64,000 bases of DNA from Cenococcum geophilum (Eukaryota): the NCBI GenBank assembly GCA_050273025.1, contig CP158635.1, positions 7,936,001 through 8,000,000 of the forward strand. Direction: 5' to 3'. The position numbers and the translations under genes were made by a program. The notes beneath the pieces were generated by a model, which saw nothing but the letters and a program-made list of their open reading frames with translations, made no database searches and was not told where the DNA came from. Positions 26,301 to 37,789 of the stretch are shown piece by piece. Position 1 is the first letter of the stretch, and every line of letters starts with the position of its first letter.

Positions 26301-28230
26301 CTTATTATAATTAATAGTTAAATTTATACTATTTAGATGCCTTATAGACCCACTTAATTCCGTTTAACTGTTATTAAGCCTTACTATAAAGATAACAATT
26401 CCGAGCCTTTATAGGATGCCCTAAAAAATGCCCTAAAGGAAAACTACAATTAATGTGCTCTAGAAGGCGACTACAATCCTAATATAATTATAGTAGATAC
26501 GCTATAACCATAACGCGGTAGAGGTCGCGTAAAGGGATTATAAAATTACTAACATCTTATTAATTTTAAAGAACAATTTATTACCGCCATTAAGAATAGA
26601 GTTAAGTTATTAATAGCCTTTATAACAGCTAAGGAGAAGGCTAACTTTAAGCTTACAAAACAGCTTTAAAAAAAAAGGTTATATTATAACCCTAGGAGCT
26701 CCTTTCTAAGCATCTAATAAGTAGGAGATTAACGGTCTTATCGCAAGAGAAGTCTTTAAATTTAAGAAGTATAACCCTACTAAGTTTAATAAAGTTCGCA
26801 TCTTTAAGTTAAAGATAGTTAATAAGATTAAGGGCAAAGCTACTAATACCCCATTTAAGAAATTAAGGCTTATTATCTAAGGTTACAACAATAATGGTAA
26901 AGAGATAATCCTTATATAATCTCTTATAATTTAACGAGCTAGTTAGCAAGTTATTATTATATTAGCTCCCTCCTTAATAAAGAATAGAATAGCGGTTTAT
27001 TTATAAGATATTACTTAAGCCTACACCTAATTAGAGACGCACCTTTAGCGCTTAATATTGGCATACCTTCCGAAGCAAATTTACTACTAATATCCTAAAG
27101 ATACAATTATAGTTATGCTTAAGCCATTATATAGAATCGCAGAGGCAGAAACTTACTAGTAGGCTACCTATAGCAAGCACCATAAAGAGAAGCTTTTAAT
27201 AATTACTTTTATATTTAATCCCTACTTCCTTATTATAACCATAAAAACCCTATTTAGAATTATTAGTATATAAACTAATAATATAATTATCTTAGGAGAC
27301 AACTAATTCTTAGCTCTTAAAGAGGATAAGCTAATAAAGGTAAATCTTATAGTAAAGCTAAAGGAAAAGCTTAATTTAATAACACTATTACTTTTTAATA
27401 AATGCATCCTCTCCCTAAATAAGGATTCTATTACTTTACGCCAGAAGGGTTAAGGTAAGAAAATCAACGTTATTAACATTAATTCCCTAAAGTAAGAATA
27501 CGTAGAGCAACGCGCTTACGGAGCTTATATTGCTTCTATCTATTAACCTAAGGCTTTATTTAATCTCTCCGTTACTACCTAATACTAGAAACCAACTAAG
27601 GATAATATTCTTACCCTAAATAAATGTCTTTCCTAGCAAATAAACCATCTTAATTAGGGGCTACTCTATATACCTATTAATCTTCCTACCACTAAGCTCT
27701 TTATATTTATTAATAGATTATTTATAAATAATAAAGATTTTAGCTCCTAGTTAGGATATAAGATTATTATCGCAAATAAATTTATTAAAGAGAATAACTT
27801 TACAATCTATAGTAATCTTATTTATTAGAGCTTAACTAAGAGCAAGTGCGTTACCTAAAGTATTTTAGCGTTAGAGATATATAGAATAGTTAGCGGAGTT
27901 AATATAGTAATTACAATTAGAACTACCCTAAAGATAATTATAGATTAACTTAAACTTCCCGTTATCCCTATAATCGTATACACCGACTTATATTCCCTCT
28001 ATAAGTATTTAGTTAAGCTTGGTACTATAAAGGAGAAGCGCCTTATAATTAATATTATAGCACTTTAGCAATCCTACAAGCGTTAAAAACTCTTTAAGAT
28101 TTAATAAATTAATAGCTAAGATAACCCGGTAGATATAATAACAAAGGCGAACCCAAACAAGGCACTAGAGACGTTTATTAACATAAATACTCTACATATA
28201 TAAGTTAAAGGTTAGGTTAAAAGGGAGTTT
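23318..28230 (+). pseudogene. gag-pol polyprotein of the inner Copia
   Basis: ATG at 23318, protease PDTGA-like at about 25057-25075, integrase LHRxFxH at about 25451, RT KSRLIIQGYND at about 26860, RNase H DNPAD-like at about 28120. Confidence 0.88.
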
Positions 28231-28825
28231 TTAGAAATTTCTTAGTTATATAAGGTCTTAAAATATCTAGGAATTTTAACTAGCGGTTAAAGTTATCTAA
28301 TTAGTTAGATTCTCTTACTAAGACTTTTTTTTAGAGGGGGGAGTATAACATTTTATAGACCCTGACTTAACCTAGCTAATTAGGATTTTCCATCCCCGGA
28401 ATAAAAAATCGCTATTAACTCGCTTACCGCTAGCGCCTTAGCGGCCCTACTAATAAGATACCTACCCATAACTTATAAGCAAGAAAGCGCCACGTGCTAA
28501 AAGGCAAATTTTGGGACAGCGAGACTTATATTATAATAGCAATAGTAAGTAAGGAGGATTAATATTTATTCCGCTAGTTAAGCGGTATATATATATAAAT
28601 AGCAACTATAAAAGAAGAGTTGCTAGTATTAGGAATAAAGGCAAGCGCTTACCATCTAAGGTATATTGCCGTCACGTGTGGCAAGTTACCGTTACGTATT
28701 ACCACAGCGCTAGCATAGCAAGGAGCCTTAAGCTCCTCACCCTCCCTTATTAAGATAGAGAGAATAATCAATTATTATACTATCTACGAACCGTAGCTAC
28801 GTGATATCACCTTATATAACTAACA

Positions 28826-29799
28826 ATATTTATTAATAGATTATTTATAAATAATAAAGATTTTAGCTTCTAGTTAGAATATAAAATTATTATCACAAAT
28901 AAATCTACTAGAGAGAATAACTTTATAATTTACGGTAATCTTATCTATTAGAGCTTAACTAAAAGTAAGCGTATTATTTAAAGCGTTCTAACGCTAGAGA
29001 TATATAAAATAGTTAGTAGGGTTAATATAGTAATCGCAATTAGAACTACCTAAAAAATAATTATAAATTAACTTAAATTTCCTATTATCCCTATAATCGT
29101 ATATACCAACTTATACTCCCTCTATAAGTATTTAGTTAAGCTTAGTACTATAAAGAAGAAGCGCCTTATAATTAATATTATGGCACTTTAGTAATCCTAT
29201 AAACGGCGAGAACTCTTTAAGATTTAATAGATTAATGGCTAAGATAACCTAGTAGATATAATAATAAAGGCAAACCTAAATAAGGCTCTAGAAATATTTA
29301 TTAATATAAACACTCTATATATATAAGTTAAAGGTTAGGTTAAAAGGAAGTAGGAGTATAATAATTTGCAGACCCTAATTCCAACTAGCTAATTAGGACT
29401 TTCCATCCCTAAGATAGAAAATTGCTATTAGCTCGCTTATAACTAGCGCCTTAGCGTTTTAATAGGACGTTTACTAATAACTCTTAAGCAAGAAAGCACC
29501 ACGTGCTAAGAGGCAAATTTTAGGACAGCGAGACTTATATTATAATAGCAATAGTAAATAAGAAGAATTAATATTTATTATGCTAGTTAAGCAGTATTTA
29601 TATATAGATAGCAGCTATAAAAGAAGAGTTGCTAGTATTAGAAATAAGGCAAGTAGTTATTATATATCGCCACAGCACTAGCGTAGCAAGAAGTCTTAAG
29701 CTCCTTATCCTTTCTTATTCTAAGAAGAAGCATATTAACTAACATCACTATAACCTACTTAAGTAGTCGTTATTAATAAGTCACCCTATATAACCAATA
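28826..29799 (+). mobile_element. Outer Copia 3' end (RNase H, 3' UTR, variant 164-bp LTR 29636-29799)
   Basis: Resumes exactly where 14733 stopped. AAAAGAAGAGTTGCTAG precedes the LTR, as in the inner copy. Confidence 0.88.
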
Positions 29800-31054
29800 G
29801 ATTATAAATTAATTATAAATTCTGCTGCCCCCTAAACGCATTAAGAAACTATATTTTATATTTTTAGACGCGGAGCTTAATAGGAATAAATTGGAAATTA
29901 ATAAGTGGGATATAGAAATTAATAATTTAATAGAACATAAATATAAGAACGACCCCTAAATAGTAGATATAATAAAAGCAATTTAAATAGGGAAATGGTA
30001 ATATAAAGATATTACACTCGCTAAATATAAAATCCGTAATAATTGATTATACTATTAATAAAAGATAGTAGTCTTAAATTCCAAACCCTTAAAATTTAAG
30101 ATACTCGAATTTATATACAATTCCCCTATAGTAGGGCATCCTAGCTATATAAAGACCTATAAAATTATCCAATAAATATACTACTGGCCTATAATATATA
30201 ACTATATACGAAAATATATTTAAGCCTATAGAATATATATGCGTAGGAAGACCTCTTATATAAAGAAGTAAGGGGTACTTTAACCATTGCTAATTCTGAT
30301 ATAAAGATAGCAAGATATTTTAATTAACTTTATAGTTAACCTGCCTAACAGTAATAGGTTTATAAATGTTATAGTAGTTATTAACCGTTTTATAAAAATA
30401 TAATATATAATTCCTATAAACTTAATTAATATAATATTAGTAGCCGAAGGTTTTATTAAGTATGTCTTTAAACTATATAGACTTCCTAATTTGATAATAT
30501 CCGACTATAGAAGCTAGTTTATTTTAGACTTCTAGTAAGCCCTATATAAGCGATTAAGTATATAAATACGACTTTTAACTATATTTTATCCGGAGATAAA
30601 TAGATAAACTAAAATTGCGAATACAATTATAGAATAATACCTATAAATATACTACTCCTACCTATAAAACGACTGGGAAAAGTAGCTGCCTTTAGCTAAG
30701 TTTACTGCAAATAATACAATAAACGTATTAATAGGCGTAATGCTATTCTACGCTACCTCTAAATAAGACCCTTAACTTAGATTTAAACTATAACCTAAAA
30801 TTAATATAATAGGACCCATAATTAAACGGATTTAGTTAATTAATATATATAACTTTACTAATTAAATTAAGTAGTTAACGGAACTATTATAAAGTAAATT
30901 AACGTACGCTTAAATAGTATAGGAATAGTATACGAATAAAGGACAAGCTCCTATATAGGACTTTAAGAAAGGTAATATAGTTTACCTAAATATATAAAAC
31001 CTAAAGACTTAACGGCCCTTAAAGAAACTTAACTAGAAGTTTATAGGCCTATAC
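29800..31054 (+). mobile_element. Gypsy family D integrase remnant (outermost host)
   Basis: De-RIP HDSPxAGHPG...YYWP, integrase core and KKLxWKFIGPY. Continues at 36985. Confidence 0.85.
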
Positions 31055-34000
31055 CATTACGGCACTAGCAGAACTCTACACCGGCAAGTTACCACAGATT
31101 ACCGTATATTGCGGTTATATAACGCGAAGATCTTATAAAATATTAAATGGCGCTACTCTTCTTCTCCTTTCCTTTCCCTAGCTTTAGATTCTTGTCTATA
31201 GATAATCCGATTATATAGGCTTACGCGTCCCTTTTGCCGTGCCCATGCCTTAATTAACTAAGTCGCTAATATTATCTAAAGCTTAGTCTACTCTTTCTTC
31301 CTAAGAAGGAACTTAAATATATTTATAAGAATATAGAATAGGACCTTAAGGACATTACTAGGACCACAAGAATAGGACCTAAAAGAAAAAAACAGAACCT
31401 TAAGGAAAGGACCTACAAGATATGCACAGACTAAAACCCCTAAAGAAATTACCCAGAATTACCTAATACCCCTACCACTATGCTATAAAACACAGTAGTA
31501 GGTAAAGCAGCTATAGGACCCTTAAATACTTTAGACAAAGAAACAATTAACGTTTTAACCCCTAGGCGGAGCATGTGGCTGCTAATACTAAAATTAAACG
31601 ACTACAAGAGCTGCTTAAAGCTAGAGATACCCCTATATCTAATAATAAGTCATTATTAGACAACTAAAGACTTGCTATAGTCCTTTAGGCCCTATCTTAG
31701 CACCTTAGCGGATTTACTAAGGCCTATATAGCACTAAAGCGGTTAGTAAAGGTTATGGATTCCCTACTACCCATAGACGGAACCAACCCTATATTTAATA
31801 ATTGGAAGCTTTAATTACGGGATAAGCTTAAAGTTAATATAGACTACTTCCCTAACGCCTAAGCTAGAATGGCCTATATCTTTAGCCGTACTAGCAAAGA
31901 CACCTAGACGCATTTACGCCCGTAATACACTAAAGACTTAATAGACCCCTTTATCTCTAAAGAAAAAATAATTAAATACTTATCTTTTATTTATAAAGAC
32001 CCTTTTAAGGTATAAAACGCCCACCTTAGCTATAAAAGCCTAAATATAAAAATAACGGAGACCTTTTTAGCCTTCTAAACCCGCTTTTTACACCTAGCCG
32101 GATAAGCCTAGATCCCCTAAAAAGACCTACTACTAGACCTCTTTAATAAGCTTACCCTAGATCTACAGCGGGCCATATTACTAGCTTATACTATAGTATA
32201 GACGTTAAAGAAACTTATAGACTATTGCCTAGCTATTAACTATAGCCTCTATTAAATTAAGGTATGCGCTAATTAGCTAAAAACTAGAAACCTTATAAAC
32301 CAGGCCGTAAGTACTATAAGTACGGCCCGTAGTGCCCTAGTATAATTAGCAACTCCTATAGTTAACCTAGCAGCTACCTACGCAGCTACCCTTACTACGG
32401 GCCTAGTATATACCTAGCCTATATATAGCGACCCCTATATATAGGCCCTTAGTAATTAAAAAGCTTACTTCTTATATAGTTAAATAGGCTACCCTATAAA
32501 GAACTACCTAATAAAGGTAAAGACAAATAAGGTCCTATTAATTTAGGAGGATAATACAGAGCTGGAAAAAGAGGAACCCTAAAGGAAGACTCCTCTCTAG
32601 GGTTAAAAGGGATTAATATATTATATATTAATCTAGGTCGGCTAGTTAGTAGAAGAAGCTATACTATCCCTTATACTTTATTTTATAATAGATATTAAGT
32701 TTTAACCTCTACTTTAGCTAATTTAGGAGTAAATACCTTTACCTTAATTAATATAAAGTGCGTTATAAAACTAGCTAACTTTTTAAATATACCCCTTAAA
32801 GAACTGCCTAACCTAATTCCTATTCGCGGTTATAACGGACGGGTAGGGCTACCTATTATAACTATCTTATGGATTTACCTCCGCGTTAATAAATAAAGGC
32901 AGTATAATATCCCCTTCCTTATTATAGACCTTAGAAGCTATAATATAATCTTAAAAAAAATGGCTAGCCTATTTAGGCTTATAGCTTAATATATAGAATA
33001 GGTAACTTATCTAGCCAAAACTATACCCCTAACGCCTTCCTTTATAAAAGATATTAGTATTATAATGGAAAACCTTATACGGCTGTAAATAAACACCGTT
33101 TACTAGGCTAATATAACGCGTAGGGACTAGGCTTTTAAGAAGGATATATAGCTTAATACGTAACGGATCTGTATACTACGCCGCCCCCAAACTACCTATA
33201 TTACACTACCTGCACTAAAGACTTAGAAAGTTAATAGTGGCCTAGCTAAGTCCCTAATAGAGAACTTAGGCCCTACGCAGCTATAAAGGAAGGCTAAAGA
33301 TATTAGACAATATACCAAACTAATAAACTAAAAGGATAACTTATGGAAAATAAAATATAAGCTAAGGAAGACTATAAACCCTATACCGCAAAATACGGCC
33401 TAATAAATATCCGTAAAGAAACCTACGGACCTCCCACTAGTTAATATCTGCTATATTAGCGCTATAGGATTCTACTAAACCCTAGTTTAGCCTAATACCG
33501 TTACTTTTATAACTAGCTTATACAAAATTAATTAAATAATTAAAGAGAAAAAAGCCTTAGCCTAAGAAAAAGGTAAACTTATAGATAAGGAGCTAGTAAA
33601 ATAGAAACTACCCCATTAATACCAGAAATTTAAAAATACCTTCTCTAAAGCAGCGTTTAATATACTCTCACCTCACCAACCATATAACTATAAGATTAAA
33701 ATTAAGCCGGATAAGGTGGTTACCCTTAGCTATAGCCCCCTCTAATAGTAATCTATTGCCAAATTATAGGCCACAAAGCAGTATCTTATTAATAACCTAG
33801 ATAAGGGCTTTATTAAGCCTAGTTAAGCCCCTTTTAGCTTACCCATTTTCTTTACCAAAAAGCTAAATAGAGGACTTTATTTCTGTATTGACTACTATAA
33901 GCTTAATAATTTAACCCTTAAAGACCGCTACCCACTACCTTTACTTAATAAGACTTTAGCCTAAATAAGTAGAGCTAAGATCTTTATAAAGCTTAATATC

Positions 34001-36979
34001 CGCTAGGCTTTTTACCAAATTAGGATAAACCCTAAATTAGAAAACTTTACTCTATTTTAGACCCGTTACGGAACGTATAAATATAAAGTATTACCTTTTA
34101 AACTAACTAACGGACCGGCCATATACTAACAATATATAAATAATATACTATTTAACTACCTTAACGACTTCTATATAGCATACCTAGATAATATTATAAT
34201 CTACTTTAAAAATAAACTGGAATATAAAGAGCATATCTATAAAGTCCTATAACGGCTTTAAAAAGCTAGCCTCTAAGCCAATATTAAGAAGTTAGAGTTT
34301 AGTATTAAGCGTATAAAGTACCTAGGGTTTATTATTAGTATAAACGGGATTAAGGCAGACCTAAAAAAGACGGCTATAATTAACTAATAGGTACCCCTAA
34401 GGACCGTAAAGGGGGTATAGTTATTTATAGGGTTCTATAACTTCTACTAATGCTTTATTAAGAACTATAGCAGGATTACCGGGCTACTAAGCCTACTTAC
34501 CTATAAGGACCAGCCCTTTTATTTTAATACTGTATATAGGCAGGCCTTTAACAAGCTTAAGAAACAACTAGTCTTTACTCCCTTACTTACCTACTTTAAC
34601 CTAAAACGGCCCTTAATACTAGAAACCAATGCCTTAGATAGTATTATAGCTAGTATTTACTCCTAAAAGCAAATAGACGGAAAATGGTACCCTATTGCTT
34701 ACTATTTAAAGACTATAGTAAATGCTAAGCTAAACTACCCAATTTATAATAAATAAATGCTAGCCATTATCTCTAGCTTTTAGCACTAGCGAGCCCAACT
34801 AGAAGGCACCCCTGAGTTTATCTAGGTAGTTTCCAATTATAAGGCCTTAGAATATTTTATAACAATAAAGGCCCTTATAGCCTAATAGGCGCGCTAGGTA
34901 GACACCCTATCTTAGTTTAACTTCCTAATTATATATAGGCCAGGCGCCACTAACTGTGCGGACGCTCTTATAAGGCGTAAACAGGATATAAATAACTAGA
35001 TAGCTGTAAAGATCTTATTATAGACCTAAGTATTACTATAACTAGAGTACCTTAACTCCTAAATACGGGCAGAACTAAATATAGACTCTTTAGATACTAA
35101 GATATACCTTATTAACTCTATAGAACTAGACCTTATTAATAAACTACTATAGGTAAACCGTACGGCCCCTTCTCTATAGGAGTACCGCGAAAAGGCAAAG
35201 AACGTTTCTAGCCTATAGTCCCTTAAAAGTAGACTACTTAAGCACTGTAAATAGTTAGTGGTAGTAGAGGAACAGAACTTATAGACTTAACTTATTACCG
35301 AAATACATACCTAGGTCTTTACGGCCCACCCTAAAAAAATAAGACCTATAGGATTATTAGCAACCGCTACTACTAGCCCGGAATAATTATAGATATTAAC
35401 CGCTATATATGGAACTACAATAACTACTATAGGTTTATAATTTTACAAGATAAGACCCTAGGATTATTAAAACCCCTCCTAATACCTAACCGCCCCTAGT
35501 AATATATCTCTATAAACTTTTATAAGCTACCTCTAGACTGTAACGGATATAATATAGTTATAATCCTAGTTAACCACTTTAGTAAGCGCCTATTTTTAAT
35601 TCCCTATTATAAGAATATTAATACTAAAGTGGCCCAGCTATATATCTACTATATCTACTAAATTTACGGACTACTAAATACTATTATATCTAACCGCGGG
35701 CCGCAGTTTATATTAGCCTTTTAGAATAAGTTTACCTAGATCCTAAGCATTAAGCTAAAGCTTTCTATAGTATATTACCCCTAGATAAACGATTAAACGG
35801 AGATTATAAATTAATACTTGGACTAGAGGCTCCGGCCTTTTATTAACTACTTTTAAGATAACTGGGCTAAACTATTACCCTTAATAGACTACACCTAAGC
35901 GACCCTACCCCACAATTCTACCGGATTTGCCCCTATTTAGCTAAAAATAGGTTACCTACTCCATATAAGCTTTAACTGGGAAAGACTAGAAGGGCCCCAG
36001 ACTATACGCGAAAAACTATCTTATAAGGAAGCCTAGTAGTACGCTAAGCGCTTAGAAGAAGCCTAGAAAGTAGCCTATATAAACCTAAAAAAAGGCCTAG
36101 AAATTAATAGAATAATAAGTAAATAAGTATAAGCGCAAGCCTAACTTTACTATAGGCGATATAGTCTAGGTTATAATAAAGAACTAAAAGATAAAACGGC
36201 CTAGCTATAAGCTAGACTATAAAATAGCAGGACTGTATAAGATTCTTAATAAAGTAGGCAACTTGTATAAGGTTAAGCTCCTAGACTTAATTAAAGTTCA
36301 CCCTATCTTCTTACCGGATAAGCTACAGAAAGCTATAAATAACCTACTACCCGGACAAAAGAATAAACCTCCCCTACTAATTTAAGTTAATAGCAATAAT
36401 AAATGGGAAATTAAAGAAATACTAGCCTATAAACTTATAAAGGATATAACTTAGACCCCACTTAGTACCCTATATAGAACTTTATAGGTAGTCCCTATAA
36501 GCTTTAGGAGTTTTATAGCCGTTACCCTAATAAACCTAGACCGCCAAAGTACCTAGATAAGTAGATGGAATGCTAGTATAATAAAGACAATAAGCTACCA
36601 GAAGAATATAAGGACAAAAACGCCCCAGAAATTTCTTAGTTATATAAGGTCTTAAAATATCTAGGAACTTTAACCAGCGGTTAAAGTTATCTAATTAGTT
36701 AGATTCTCTTGCTAAGACTTTTAGCAACAAAGCCTAAGGGCAGGCTTTTTCAAAGGGGGGGGGTAATATTATAGCACTGGCAGAACTTGGCAGAACTCCG
36801 CACAGATTGCCGCATATTACGGTTACGTAACGCGAAGATTTTATAAAACACCAAACGGCGCTACTCTTCTTCTCCTTTCTTTTCCCTAGCTTTAGATTCT
36901 CGTTTATAGACAATCCAATTATATAGGCTTGCGCGTCCCTTTTACCGTATCTATACCTTAATTAACTAAGTCACTAATA
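31055..36979 (+). mobile_element. Complete Gypsy family C chromovirus
   Basis: LTRs at 31055-31271 and 36767-36979, TSD TATAC, and a G-run PPT at about 36752-36763. RT AYLDD at about 34178, RNase H ETDASD at about 34622, then integrase and chromodomain. Confidence 0.93.
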
Positions 36980-37282
36980 TATACTAAATTAAGAAGAAAC
37001 TAAGCCTATACGCTTATAAGCTTAAACTGCTAACTAAAATAAAAATATACCTAATATTTTATGTAAGCTTACTATAACCTTTAAAAGATAAACCTTTAAC
37101 TTATAAAGTGCCGCTGCTACCTTTTATAATTATTAATAACGGTAATAGTTCTTACTTTATTAACTTAATTAATAATATATAATAAAAAAATATAATCTAA
37201 ATAATTTAAACTGCTTATTAAGTGGGAAGGATATAAAATATAAACCTAGGAAACCTATAACTAGATTAAGGCTAACGCGCCT
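36980..37282 (+). mobile_element. Gypsy D integrase C-terminus and chromodomain, cut at 37282
   Basis: De-RIP AYELELP...IHPxFHVSLL, then LLIKWEGY..TWEP. It stops abruptly after ..KADAP. Confidence 0.8.
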
Positions 37283-37380
37283 CATTAGGATTTTTTTTTG
37301 GGCTAGTTGTTGCGGTTTACGGCAAATTGCTACAAACTGTACGGTTGCGGCAGGTAGATATAGTCGTTAGCGAATTATAT

Positions 37381-37740
37381 AAACCATGCGTTTTATAATA
37401 AGTTTGCAGTACTCTAATAGTAAACCATACGTTTTATAACAAGTTTATAGCATCTAATAGCAAACCGCGCGTTTTATAATAAGTTTGCAGTATCTAATAG
37501 CAAATTATAGCAAAACGCTTAACTACCAAACTAATGCTAGCTTTTTGCTACCCTATAAATAAATAGCGCGCAAACTATATAAACTATACAAACTATACAA
37601 ACTATATAAACTATATAAACTATACAAACTATATAAACTATACGAACTATATAAACTGTCTAAACTATATAAATTATAATATACTGCTACAGATTGCCAC
37701 AGATTGCCATAGATTGCTATAGATTGCTATAGATTGCTAT
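37381..37740. repeat. Subterminal tandem arrays (about 40-bp x3; AAACTATAY x about 12; AGATTGCYAY x5)
   Basis: Directly visible in the sequence. Confidence 0.9.
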
Positions 37741-37789
37741 AATATGCCTTTAAAAATATATTTATATTATAACTACTATATAAAATAGC

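Larger units (their letters stand above)
14734..28825 (+). mobile_element. Complete inner Ty1/Copia (GalEa-like) element inserted into the outer Copia
   Basis: 199-bp LTRs at 14734-14932 and 28627-28825, with 5-bp TSD ATATT on both sides. Domain order is gag-PR-IN-RT-RH. Confidence 0.93.

Noticed and set aside
28233..28445. Hammerhead or hairpin ribozyme in the shared 3'-UTR modules
   Set aside because: I could not place CUGAUGA...GAAA or hairpin loop B cores on either strand, even allowing for RIP changes.
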